Positions 20,761 through 29,862 of a stretch of 32,000 bases of DNA are shown piece after piece. Within the stretch, counting starts at the first letter, position 1. Every line of letters starts with the position of its first letter. The position numbers were made by a program, and so were the translations under genes. The notes under the pieces are model-generated. The model did no database searches, was not told where the DNA came from, and was given only the letters and a program-made list of their open reading frames with translations. Source of the stretch: Bacillus subtilis subsp. subtilis str. 168 (GTDB lineage Bacteria; Bacillota; Bacilli; Bacillales; Bacillaceae); NCBI RefSeq assembly GCF_000009045.1, contig NC_000964.3, forward strand, positions 3,810,001 through 3,842,000, written 5' to 3'.

Positions 20761-21480
20761 ATGAAGGCGCTGATTCCGAAGCAGCACGGGGCGTGGGCGA
20801 TGCTGCTGATCCCATTTTTACTCGGCATGGTCAAGGGAGGCCCCGTTATTTGGCATATTCCGCTCTTCCTTGGTTGGCTTTTCCTATACTTAGCGGTTTA
20901 TCCCGTTACGCTTGCCTTAAAAAAGAAACAAAGCAAACCATATCAAAAGTGGATGTGTTATTACGGTTTTCCCACCTGCTGCTTTTTGATGATCTCGGTC
21001 TTTCATAAGCCGCCTCTCATCTGGGTGGGCGTTTCTTTACTGCCGCTGTTTCTCATACATATGTATTTTGCCCGCAGAAAAAACGAACGAGCCTTATTGA
21101 ATGATGTTGCAGGTGTCTTGTTCTTTTGTTCGGGCGGGTTTGCGAGCTGCTGGCTGGGGATGGGAACCCTTGACGGCTGGGCTTGGTTTATTTTCTTGCA
21201 GTCTGCTTTATTTTTTATCGGGAGTTCCTTTTATGTGAAATCGGTGATCCGCGAGAGAAAAAACAGGGCATTTGCATACTGGTCATGGGGATATCACCTG
21301 CTGCTCCCCTTTTTATCCGCTCTTTTCGGAGCAGGATGGGCGTTTCTCGCTTTTATCCCGAGCAGCTTGCGGGCATGGTTTTTTCATGGAAGGGATTGGC
21401 CCGTAAAAACGATTGGCATTCTGGAAATCGTGAATGCCTGCTTCTTTCTTGCCGTCATGTGCCTGTTTATCACAAGGTAA
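20761..21480 (+). CDS. ywiC: YwiC-like integral membrane protein; start at ATG 20761 preferred
   Basis: 239 aa MKALIPKQHGAWAMLLIPFLLGM..., multiple TM segments; RBS AAAGGAGG upstream. Confidence 0.88.
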   Translation: MKALIPKQHGAWAMLLIPFLLGMVKGGPVIWHIPLFLGWLFLYLAVYPVTLALKKKQSKPYQKWMCYYGFPTCCFLMISVFHKPPLIWVGVSLLPLFLIHMYFARRKNERALLNDVAGVLFFCSGGFASCWLGMGTLDGWAWFIFLQSALFFIGSSFYVKSVIRERKNRAFAYWSWGYHLLLPFLSALFGAGWAFLAFIPSSLRAWFFHGRDWPVKTIGILEIVNACFFLAVMCLFITR

Positions 21481-21512
21481 AAAAACAAGGACACCGCTGT
21501 CCTTGTTTTTTT
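21479..21512. terminator. Bidirectional terminator between ywiC and fnr
   Basis: AAAAACAAGGACA-CCGC-TGTCCTTGTTTTTTT. Confidence 0.92.
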
Positions 21513-22228
21513 CAGTCAATATTGCAAATCTCCAGCGGGCAATTTTCACACTCAATCTCACATCGTAAATAGTCCCGCTTGTGCAAAATAATTTTTCCGG
21601 ATTCGTCTATCGAAATAACCCCTTTTTTGCGGAGATCTCCGAGCATACGATTGACGCTTTCCCGTGCAGCCGCGCAAAACTTTGCCAAATCCTGATTTGT
21701 CAGGACAATGTTAATCAGAATGCCGTCGCTTCGCTCCACTCCGTAGCTGTTTGATAAGCGGATAAGGGTAGAATAGAGCGCCCCCTTTTTGCCATGAAGA
21801 AGCAGATCCCTGATTTTGGACTGAATCTTCCGGAGGTGCGTGCTCATCCATTTCATGAACTCAAATGTCAAAGCGCCGTTTTGGATTAATTCTTTTTCCA
21901 GCTTATTTTTATTAATGACGAGCACCTCGCCATCCTCTAGTACTTTTGCACTGAGCATATACCTTGGTTCTTCAGTGAAAAGTGTTAATTCTCCGACGAT
22001 ATCATGCTTTTGGCAGATTCTAAGCGTCAGGTCTTTTCCGTCAGATGTCAGCTTGCCGATTTCAATGAGTCCTGATTGAATCAGATAAAGCTCTTCTGCA
22101 TCCATTCCTTCCCGAAACAAATACGTGTGTTTTTCCATTTTTCTTTTCGTGCTGATCGATTCCAGCAATTCATACAGATCGCTGGATATAAGATCACTAT
22201 CAGATGGTCGAACAGAGAGAAAATTCAT
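21512..22228 (-). CDS. fnr: FNR anaerobic transcriptional regulator with C-terminal Cys cluster
   Basis: 238 aa; HTH LAKFCAAARESVNRMLGDLRKKGVI; C-terminal CEIECENCPLEIC. Confidence 0.96.
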   Translation of the reverse strand: MNFLSVRPSDSDLISSDLYELLESISTKRKMEKHTYLFREGMDAEELYLIQSGLIEIGKLTSDGKDLTLRICQKHDIVGELTLFTEEPRYMLSAKVLEDGEVLVINKNKLEKELIQNGALTFEFMKWMSTHLRKIQSKIRDLLLHGKKGALYSTLIRLSNSYGVERSDGILINIVLTNQDLAKFCAAARESVNRMLGDLRKKGVISIDESGKIILHKRDYLRCEIECENCPLEICNID

Positions 22229-22326
22229 GAGCTCACCTCGAAGAAAGTCACGTTGTGTGTTTATTGTAACGTGAATTGATTTGTACCCATCGAGAAAAAA
22301 CTAACAATCTTGTGAATGCCCCAGTG

Positions 22327-23514
22327 TTAGTTGATGCTCTGGCTGTTTCTCTCCGTGTGTGTTTTCATTCTTTCCTGCCAATACATCCATATGACAAGGA
22401 CAAAACTGGCTAACGCCACCTCTGAAAGCGCCATAAACCCGATCGCGTACTGGCCTGTTGCCTGAAATACACTCGCCAATATGAGCGGAGGAAAAAAGCC
22501 GCCTAAACCGCCCATGGCAGACACAATCCCATTGGCAATCCCCGCTTGCTTCGAAAAATAGAAAGGCACCAGTTTAAAAACAGTTCCGTTTCCTATGCCT
22601 GAGCAGACGGCCACGGTTAATGATCCAAACGTATAAAGGCCGATTGTCGGCGAGAACGATAGGATAATGCCTGATAATGTAAGCCCGGCAAAAACAAACA
22701 TCAAGATGCGGAGCGGGCTCATTTTATCAGCCAGGAATCCGCCCGCAGGCCTGAGCAGCGTAGAAACCGCAATAAAGCCAGCCGTCCGCAAGCCGGCATC
22801 TGCAGGATTCAGCCCAAAATGCTCCACCAGAAAGTTCGGCAGATAGATAGTGAAGGCGACAAAGGCACCGAACGTAATAAAATAAAACAGGCTCAGAAAC
22901 CATAGCACATGATTTCGGTAAACAGCTTTGATTTGAGTCTTAACAGAAACTTTGACCTTCTTCTCATGCCTGTCGCCAAACAATACGTGCAGTAAGGCAA
23001 AGACAGCCAGCAAAATCAGATACATTTGCACGGTTGATTTCCACCCGACGGCTTGAGCGATAACCGGCGCTGCAAATGTCGTAACGGCTGTCCCGATATT
23101 TCCTGCACCGTAAATCCCATTGACGACACCGTGCTTTTCTTTCGGATAATATTTCGGGAGGGAGGTCACCCCAATGGAAAACACCGCTCCCCCGATCCCT
23201 AAGAAAAAGCCGCCTGCGATTAAATCAAACAGAGAATCCGCGATACTGATCCAAAATACAGGAAATAAAAGCAGGATGAAGCTGACCATAAACATGAGCC
23301 GCGCGCCAAACCTGTTCGTTAAATACCCTAAAGGAATGCGGAGAAGCGACCCGAGGATCACAGGAATCGCGGTCACTAAAGAAATCTCACCCTTGCTTAA
23401 ATGAATATCTAATGTGATTTGGGAAATGAGTGATGAAATCAGCACCCAAACCATAAACCCTGCCACCAAGCTTAATGACTGTAACGATAATTGAATGTGT
23501 TGACGGTTGATCAT
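22327..23514 (-). CDS. narK: Nitrite extrusion protein (MFS); start at ATG 23514 preferred
   Basis: 395 aa from MINRQHIQLSLQSLSLVAGFMVWVLISSL; MFS motif GYLTNRFGAR. Confidence 0.93.
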   Translation of the reverse strand: MINRQHIQLSLQSLSLVAGFMVWVLISSLISQITLDIHLSKGEISLVTAIPVILGSLLRIPLGYLTNRFGARLMFMVSFILLLFPVFWISIADSLFDLIAGGFFLGIGGAVFSIGVTSLPKYYPKEKHGVVNGIYGAGNIGTAVTTFAAPVIAQAVGWKSTVQMYLILLAVFALLHVLFGDRHEKKVKVSVKTQIKAVYRNHVLWFLSLFYFITFGAFVAFTIYLPNFLVEHFGLNPADAGLRTAGFIAVSTLLRPAGGFLADKMSPLRILMFVFAGLTLSGIILSFSPTIGLYTFGSLTVAVCSGIGNGTVFKLVPFYFSKQAGIANGIVSAMGGLGGFFPPLILASVFQATGQYAIGFMALSEVALASFVLVIWMYWQERMKTHTERNSQSIN

Positions 23515-23551
23515 TTGGCTTGCCCCTTTCAATGATTCAATAATCAGTCTT

Positions 23552-23594
23552 ATCATACAAAAACTAGCCAAACAGGATTGTGAATTACATCACA
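23552..23594 (-). promoter_or_regulatory. narK: narK promoter with FNR box
   Basis: TGTGAATTACATCACA (23579-23594); minus-strand -10 TATGAT (23557-23552), box centre near -41.5. Confidence 0.88.
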
Positions 23595-23605
23595 CGTTTT
23601 TCTCA

Positions 23606-23641
23606 TAAAAAAAGGACAAAGCCCGAAGACTTTGTCCTTTT
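23606..23641 (-). terminator. argS terminator
   Basis: Minus strand AAAAGGACAAAG-8 nt-CTTTGTCCTTTTTTT. Confidence 0.9.
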
Positions 23642-23649
23642 GATCGTGA

Positions 23650-25320
23650 TTACATTTTTTCCGGAGCCGATACGCCGATCAGCTGAAGCGCATTGTTCAG
23701 CGTAATTTGCGTTGCCTTCATTAAAGCCAGGCGCGCGCGGCTTTTCTCTTCATTTTCAGGGTCGATGACTTTCTCTGCGTTGTAGAAGCTGTGCAGAGCA
23801 GAAGCCAGATCATAAATATAGTTAGTGACACGGTGCGGAATTCGTTTTTCCGCTGCTTCCGCCACTGCCTCTGGGAAGCCGCCGATCGTTTTCAGCAGAT
23901 CGTATTCTTTTTCTGATTGAATATGGCTGAAATCAAGATCTGCCGCCGGTTTAAGCCCCTGCTCTTCCCCTTGGCGAAGCATGCTGCAAATACGGGCATG
24001 CGCGTATTGTGCATAATACACAGGGTTTTCGTTAGATGTTGATACAGCAAGATCTAAGTCAAAATCCATATGGGTGTCTGCACTTCGCATTGCAAAGAAG
24101 TAACGCACGGCATCCAAGCCGACTTCTTCAATCAGGTCACGCATCGTTACGGCTTTACCGGTCCGTTTGCTCATTTTCATTTTCTCGCCGTTTTTGTAAA
24201 GGTGAACGAGCTGAATGATTTCTACTTCAAGCGTTCCTTTTTCATAGCCCAGCGCTTCGATTGCCGCTTTCATACGCGGGATGTAGCCGTGGTGATCGGC
24301 GCCCCAAACGTTGATCAGCTTATCAAAGCCGCGGTCAAGCTTGTCCTTATGATACGCGATATCAGGAAGAAGGTACGTGTACGTGCCGTCCTTCTTGATC
24401 AATACGCGGTCTTTATCATCGCCGAAAGTCGTGGAACGGAACCAAGTCGCGCCGTCTTCTTCATAGACGTGGCCTTTTTCGCGGAGCGCTTCAAGCGCCT
24501 TGTCGATTTTTCCATTTTGGTACAGTGAAGTTTCTGAATACCACACATCAAACGGCACACGGAAGTTTTCCAAGTCCTTGCGAAGCTTTTCCAGCTCGTA
24601 TTTCAGGCCGTATTCACGGAAAAACGCGAGGCGTTCACTTTCCTCTTCGTTAACGAAACGATCACCGTATTCCTCAGCGAGACGCTTTCCGATCGCAATG
24701 ATATCCTCACCGCGGTAGCCATCCTCCGGCATCGGTTTTTCCAATCCGAGTGCTTCAAAGTAACGGACTTCAACAGAAAGCGCCAGATTGTTGATTTGGT
24801 TTCCCGCATCGTTAATGTAGTATTCGCGGCTTACATCGTAACCCGCTTTTGAAAGCACGTTGCACAAGGAATCGCCGACAGCCGCCCCGCGCGCATGCCC
24901 GAGGTGAAGGTCTCCCGTCGGATTCGCTGATACGAATTCTACCTGAACTCGTTCACCGTTTCCGATGTTCGTTTCCCCGTATGCTTCCCCTGCTTCCAGT
25001 ACAGACGGAATCAGCTTTGTTAAATATTGATTGTTCATATAGAAATTGATAAAACCCGGGCCGGCGATATCCAGTTTTTCAATCGAAGCCTTCCCTTTAT
25101 CAAAATGGGCGACAATCTCTTCAGCGATTTGACGCGGCGCTTTTTTTGCCACTCTTGCCAACTGCATCGCCATATTCGTTGAGTAGTCGCCGTGTGTTTT
25201 ATCTTTCGGTGTTTCTAAAACAACATTGGGAATCTGGCTTTCTTCAGCCAGTCCCGCTTTCAGAACGGCCGCTTTGATTTCTTCTTTCAGCACGTCCTTC
25301 ATTTGTTCCGCAATGTTCAT
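23650..25320 (-). CDS. argS: Arginyl-tRNA synthetase
   Basis: 556 aa; [32 protein letters not shown]. Confidence 0.98.
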   Translation of the reverse strand: MNIAEQMKDVLKEEIKAAVLKAGLAEESQIPNVVLETPKDKTHGDYSTNMAMQLARVAKKAPRQIAEEIVAHFDKGKASIEKLDIAGPGFINFYMNNQYLTKLIPSVLEAGEAYGETNIGNGERVQVEFVSANPTGDLHLGHARGAAVGDSLCNVLSKAGYDVSREYYINDAGNQINNLALSVEVRYFEALGLEKPMPEDGYRGEDIIAIGKRLAEEYGDRFVNEEESERLAFFREYGLKYELEKLRKDLENFRVPFDVWYSETSLYQNGKIDKALEALREKGHVYEEDGATWFRSTTFGDDKDRVLIKKDGTYTYLLPDIAYHKDKLDRGFDKLINVWGADHHGYIPRMKAAIEALGYEKGTLEVEIIQLVHLYKNGEKMKMSKRTGKAVTMRDLIEEVGLDAVRYFFAMRSADTHMDFDLDLAVSTSNENPVYYAQYAHARICSMLRQGEEQGLKPAADLDFSHIQSEKEYDLLKTIGGFPEAVAEAAEKRIPHRVTNYIYDLASALHSFYNAEKVIDPENEEKSRARLALMKATQITLNNALQLIGVSAPEKM

Positions 25321-25745
25321 GCGTGAGTTCCTCCCTCATACGTGATCGTCATATTATGTAAATGCTCCTGCTCGTCTCCGACATGCATGTCATATGCGAT
25401 GCTGATACGGCCTTTTTCTTCATCGAGATCAGATTGAATCGATTTTGTGCTTGTTTTCAGCTCAAGCTCACCAAATGACATTTTATATTTAGCAATTGTG
25501 GAAGCTCCCGTTACGAAACGCTGATTCATTTTGACAGCGCCTGACCTCATGACCAGGACTTCGCCTTCGCTTACTTTCACAATCGTTTTGACTTTGCCTA
25601 AGTCGTGTTCTTCATAATAAGATAGATACACTTTATTTTGTTTTACATAGTAAAATCCGGTGGTGCGGAATTCGATGACTTCTTGGTTTCCGTCATCCTC
25701 GATCACAGACTTCACATGGAGTGTTATCGGTGTCTCTTGCTTCAT
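25317..25745 (-). CDS. ywiB: YwiB-like beta-barrel protein (DUF1934 family)
   Basis: 142 aa; overlaps the argS start by 4 nt; recognised sequence and position. Confidence 0.88.
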   Translation of the reverse strand: MKQETPITLHVKSVIEDDGNQEVIEFRTTGFYYVKQNKVYLSYYEEHDLGKVKTIVKVSEGEVLVMRSGAVKMNQRFVTGASTIAKYKMSFGELELKTSTKSIQSDLDEEKGRISIAYDMHVGDEQEHLHNMTITYEGGTHA

Positions 25746-25977
25746 TCTGACACGTCCTTTTCATCATTCCACTTTGACTTGAATAGTATAATCATTCGGT
25801 TTGTAAACTTCAACTGCTTCTATCTTACCATCATTGCTCATCAGATTTGAAGATAAACCTCATAAAAAGCATTTCCTTATATAGAAGAGAAAATCATATC
25901 ACTAATTACCTTTAGGAAATGTTACATTTTTCCGAAATCTATCATTTCCTTTTCACATTTTTTTCAAAATATATGTA

Positions 25978-26006
25978 TTGAATTAGTAATTTGATAGTTT
26001 TAAGAT
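25978..26006 (+). promoter_or_regulatory. sboA: Candidate sbo-alb promoter
   Basis: TTGAAT (25978-25983), 17 bp, TAAGAT (26001-26006), about 45 nt upstream of the sboA RBS/ATG. Confidence 0.7.
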
Positions 26007-26057
26007 AAAAGTACAACATAGATCTGCTAGAAAAACAAAAAAAGGGAGGATTCAATT

Positions 26058-26189
26058 ATGAAAAAAGCTGTCATTGTAGAAAACAAAGGTTGTGCAACAT
26101 GCTCGATCGGAGCCGCTTGTCTAGTGGACGGTCCTATCCCTGATTTTGAAATTGCCGGTGCAACAGGTCTATTCGGTCTATGGGGGTAA
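26058..26189 (+). CDS. sboA: Subtilosin A precursor (sactipeptide)
   Basis: Read directly: MKKAVIVE-NKGCATCSIGAACLVDGPIPDFEIAGATGLFGLWG (8 aa leader + 35 aa core); RBS AAAGGGAGG; absent from the ORF track because it is under 60 aa. Confidence 0.98.
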   Translation: MKKAVIVENKGCATCSIGAACLVDGPIPDFEIAGATGLFGLWG

Positions 26190-26298
26190 GGATCTCCCAA
26201 AAGGGCATAGTCATTCTACTATGCCCTTTTTAAGTAAATTACAATTTTTAACTAAAATCTACCTCTTGGATATACATACACAACCGTTTTTCATTTGA
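26146..26298 (+). CDS. sboX: SboX, small ORF overlapping the sboA 3' end in another frame (TTG start)
   Basis: Read directly: (M)KLPVQQVYSVYGGKDLPKGHSHSTMPFLSKLQFLTKIYLLDIHTQPFFI, 50 codons; product unproven. Confidence 0.6.
   Translation: MKLPVQQVYSVYGGKDLPKGHSHSTMPFLSKLQFLTKIYLLDIHTQPFFI
26199..26231 (+). terminator. Stem-loop after sboA, candidate partial terminator or mRNA-processing element
   Basis: AAAAGGGCATAG-TCATTCTA-CTATGCCCTTTTT, 12-bp stem. Confidence 0.88.
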
Positions 26299-26322
26299 AT
26301 CATATGTATAGGGGATGGTATT

Positions 26323-27669
26323 TTGTTTATAGAGCAGATGTTTCCATTTATTAATGAAAGTGTAAGAGTTCACCAGCTTCCTGAGGGCGGCGTGTTAGAA
26401 ATCGACTACTTGCGCGATAATGTCTCCATTTCTGACTTTGAGTATTTGGATCTCAACAAAACGGCTTACGAGCTCTGCATGCGCATGGATGGCCAAAAAA
26501 CAGCTGAGCAGATTTTAGCTGAGCAATGTGCAGTGTATGATGAATCACCGGAAGACCATAAAGATTGGTATTACGACATGCTCAACATGCTCCAGAACAA
26601 GCAGGTTATTCAGCTTGGAAACCGGGCCAGCCGCCATACAATCACCACGAGCGGAAGCAATGAATTTCCGATGCCCCTGCACGCCACCTTTGAACTGACG
26701 CACCGCTGTAATTTGAAATGCGCCCACTGTTATTTGGAAAGCTCACCTGAAGCGCTCGGCACCGTGTCGATTGAGCAATTCAAAAAAACGGCTGATATGC
26801 TGTTTGATAACGGTGTATTGACATGCGAAATCACAGGTGGAGAAATTTTTGTCCATCCAAACGCCAATGAGATTCTTGACTATGTGTGTAAAAAGTTCAA
26901 AAAAGTCGCTGTCTTAACAAACGGAACACTCATGCGAAAAGAGAGCCTGGAGCTTTTGAAGACTTACAAGCAAAAAATCATCGTCGGCATTTCTCTAGAT
27001 AGTGTCAATTCCGAGGTCCATGACTCCTTTAGAGGGAGAAAAGGCTCTTTTGCCCAAACTTGTAAAACGATAAAATTGTTGAGTGACCACGGTATATTTG
27101 TCAGAGTCGCTATGTCTGTCTTCGAAAAAAACATGTGGGAAATCCACGATATGGCCCAAAAGGTTCGGGATCTCGGGGCGAAGGCGTTTTCTTACAATTG
27201 GGTTGACGATTTCGGAAGAGGCAGGGATATTGTCCATCCAACGAAAGACGCCGAGCAGCACCGCAAGTTTATGGAATACGAGCAACATGTGATTGATGAG
27301 TTTAAAGATCTGATTCCGATTATTCCCTATGAGAGAAAACGCGCGGCAAATTGCGGCGCTGGCTGGAAGTCCATTGTGATCAGTCCGTTCGGCGAAGTAC
27401 GTCCTTGCGCCCTCTTTCCAAAGGAATTTTCATTGGGAAATATTTTTCATGATTCCTATGAAAGCATCTTTAACTCCCCTCTCGTCCATAAACTGTGGCA
27501 AGCGCAAGCGCCGCGGTTCAGCGAACATTGCATGAAAGACAAATGCCCGTTCAGCGGCTATTGCGGAGGCTGTTACTTAAAAGGGCTGAACTCTAACAAA
27601 TATCACCGGAAAAACATTTGCTCTTGGGCGAAAAATGAACAATTAGAAGACGTGGTCCAGCTTATTTAG
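26323..27669 (+). CDS. albA: Radical SAM/SPASM sactionine-forming enzyme for subtilosin A
   Basis: 448 aa; CNLKCAHC (CxxxCxxC) and C-terminal Cys-rich region CMKDKCPFSGYCGGCYLKG; directly downstream of sboA. Start is a TTG codon. Confidence 0.97.
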   Translation: MFIEQMFPFINESVRVHQLPEGGVLEIDYLRDNVSISDFEYLDLNKTAYELCMRMDGQKTAEQILAEQCAVYDESPEDHKDWYYDMLNMLQNKQVIQLGNRASRHTITTSGSNEFPMPLHATFELTHRCNLKCAHCYLESSPEALGTVSIEQFKKTADMLFDNGVLTCEITGGEIFVHPNANEILDYVCKKFKKVAVLTNGTLMRKESLELLKTYKQKIIVGISLDSVNSEVHDSFRGRKGSFAQTCKTIKLLSDHGIFVRVAMSVFEKNMWEIHDMAQKVRDLGAKAFSYNWVDDFGRGRDIVHPTKDAEQHRKFMEYEQHVIDEFKDLIPIIPYERKRAANCGAGWKSIVISPFGEVRPCALFPKEFSLGNIFHDSYESIFNSPLVHKLWQAQAPRFSEHCMKDKCPFSGYCGGCYLKGLNSNKYHRKNICSWAKNEQLEDVVQLI

Positions 27670-27681
27670 GAGGGAAACGAT

Positions 27682-27843
27682 TTGTCACCAGCACAAAGAA
27701 GAATTTTACTGTATATCCTTTCATTTATCTTTGTCATCGGCGCAGTCGTCTATTTTGTCAAAAGCGATTATCTGTTTACGCTGATTTTCATTGCCATTGC
27801 CATTCTGTTCGGGATGCGCGCGCGGAAGGCTGACTCGCGATGA
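27682..27843 (+). CDS. albB: AlbB small membrane protein (TTG start)
   Basis: Read directly: MSPAQRRILLYILSFIFVIGAVVYFVKSDYLFTLIFIAIAILFGMRARKADSR (53 aa); RBS AGGAGGG; absent from the ORF track because of its length. Confidence 0.92.
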   Translation: MSPAQRRILLYILSFIFVIGAVVYFVKSDYLFTLIFIAIAILFGMRARKADSR

Positions 27844-28559
27844 GCATTTTGGATATACACGATGTATCCGTTTGGTATGAACGGGACAACGTCATCTTAG
27901 AACAAGTGGATTTACATTTAGAAAAAGGCGCCGTTTACGGGTTACTTGGGGTAAACGGCGCCGGAAAAACGACACTGATTAATACGCTGACAGGCGTGAA
28001 CCGCAATTTCAGCGGGCGTTTTACACTGTGCGGAATTGAAGCGGAGGCCGGCATGCCGCAGAAAACATCAGATCAGCTGAAGACTCACCGTTACTTCGCC
28101 GCCGATTATCCGCTGCTATTTACAGAAATTACGGCGAAGGACTATGTGTCTTTCGTCCATTCGCTTTATCAAAAGGATTTTTCAGAGCAGCAGTTTGCCA
28201 GTTTGGCCGAGGCCTTTCATTTTTCGAAATACATCAATAGGAGAATTTCGGAGCTGTCCTTGGGGAACAGGCAAAAGGTTGTATTGATGACAGGCTTATT
28301 GCTGCGCGCTCCCCTGTTTATTTTGGATGAGCCGCTCGTCGGTTTGGATGTGGAATCGATAGAGGTCTTTTATCAGAAAATGCGTGAGTACTGTGAAGCA
28401 GGCGGAACCATTTTGTTTTCTTCTCATCTGCTCGATGTCGTGCAAAGATTTTGTGATTATGCGGCTATTCTTCACAACAAACAGATCCAAAAGGTCATTC
28501 CGATTGGAGAGGAGACCGATCTGCGGCGGGAATTTTTCGAGGTGATCGGCCATGAATAA
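27840..28559 (+). CDS. albC: ABC transporter ATP-binding protein
   Basis: 239 aa; Walker A GVNGAGKTT, signature-like LSLGNRQKV, Walker B LFILDEP. Confidence 0.95.
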   Translation: MSILDIHDVSVWYERDNVILEQVDLHLEKGAVYGLLGVNGAGKTTLINTLTGVNRNFSGRFTLCGIEAEAGMPQKTSDQLKTHRYFAADYPLLFTEITAKDYVSFVHSLYQKDFSEQQFASLAEAFHFSKYINRRISELSLGNRQKVVLMTGLLLRAPLFILDEPLVGLDVESIEVFYQKMREYCEAGGTILFSSHLLDVVQRFCDYAAILHNKQIQKVIPIGEETDLRREFFEVIGHE

Positions 28560-29862
28560 CATAATCCCTATCATGTCTTTGCTGTTCAAACAGCTTTACA
28601 GCCGGCAAGGGAAAAAGGACGCCATCCGCATTGCCGCAGGCCTTGTCATTCTGGCCGTGTTTGAAATCGGGCTGATCCGCCAGGCCGGCATTGATGAATC
28701 GGTGTTGCGCAAAACGTATATCATACTCGCGCTTCTTTTGATGAACACATATATGGTGTTTCTTTCCGTGACATCACAATGGAAGGAATCTTATATGAAG
28801 CTGAGCTGCCTGCTGCCGATTTCTTCACGGAGCTTTTGGCTCGCCCAGAGTGTCGTTTTGTTTGTCGATACCTGTTTGAGAAGAACTTTATTCTTTTTTA
28901 TTTTACCGCTGTTCTTATTTGGAAACGGAACGCTGTCAGGGGCGCAAACATTGTTTTGGCTCGGCAGGTTTTCGTTTTTTACCGTTTACTCCATTATTTT
29001 CGGAGTTGTGCTAAGCAACCACTTCGTCAAAAAGAAGAACTTGATGTTTCTGCTGCATGCGGCGATATTCGCCTGTGTATGTATCAGCGCCGCTTTGATG
29101 CCGGCCGCCACGATTCCGCTTTGCGCGGTTCATATCCTGTGGGCGGTGGTCATTGACTTTCCTGTCTTTCTGCAGGCGCCTCCGCAGCAGGGCAAGATGC
29201 ATTCATTTATGCGGCGATCTGAATTTTCGTTTTACAAAAGAGAATGGAACCGATTTATCTCTTCTAAAGCGATGCTGTTAAATTACGCGGTAATGGCGGT
29301 ATTCAGCGGCTTCTTTTCGTTCCAGATGATGAACACCGGCATCTTCAATCAGCAAGTGATTTATATCGTGATTTCCGCGCTTTTGCTCATCTGCTCGCCG
29401 ATCGCCCTTTTGTATTCGATTGAAAAAAATGACCGGATGCTGCTCATCACGCTTCCGATCAAGCGAAAAACGATGTTTTGGGCGAAATATCGCTTTTATT
29501 CAGGCCTATTGGCAGGCGGATTTCTCCTTGTCGTGATGATTGTGGGTTTCATCAGCGGCCGTTCGATTTCAGTTCTCACTTTTTTGCAGTGCATTGAGTT
29601 GCTGCTGGCGGGAGCGTATATCAGGTTAACTGCGGATGAAAAAAGGCCCTCCTTCAGCTGGCAGACGGAGCAGCAGCTATGGAGCGGTTTCTCAAAATAT
29701 CGGTCTTATCTGTTTTGTCTTCCCCTATTCTTAGCCATATTAGCCGGCACCGCTGTATCCTTGGCGGTCATTCCGATAGCCGGTCTGGTCATAGTCTATT
29801 ACCTGCAAAAACAGGATGGTGGTTTCTTTGATACAAGCAAAAGAGAACGGCTTGGAAGTTAA
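28552..29862 (+). CDS. albD: AlbD multi-TM membrane protein, likely the AlbC partner
   Basis: 436 aa with many hydrophobic segments; overlaps albC. Confidence 0.93.
   Translation: MNNIIPIMSLLFKQLYSRQGKKDAIRIAAGLVILAVFEIGLIRQAGIDESVLRKTYIILALLLMNTYMVFLSVTSQWKESYMKLSCLLPISSRSFWLAQSVVLFVDTCLRRTLFFFILPLFLFGNGTLSGAQTLFWLGRFSFFTVYSIIFGVVLSNHFVKKKNLMFLLHAAIFACVCISAALMPAATIPLCAVHILWAVVIDFPVFLQAPPQQGKMHSFMRRSEFSFYKREWNRFISSKAMLLNYAVMAVFSGFFSFQMMNTGIFNQQVIYIVISALLLICSPIALLYSIEKNDRMLLITLPIKRKTMFWAKYRFYSGLLAGGFLLVVMIVGFISGRSISVLTFLQCIELLLAGAYIRLTADEKRPSFSWQTEQQLWSGFSKYRSYLFCLPLFLAILAGTAVSLAVIPIAGLVIVYYLQKQDGGFFDTSKRERLGS

Noticed and set aside
24070-24528. 152-aa plus-strand ORF opposite argS
   Set aside because: Antisense to the conserved argS catalytic region.
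28779-29156. 125-aa plus-strand ORF within albD
   Set aside because: Alternative frame within a full-length AlbD; no RBS or known peptide.
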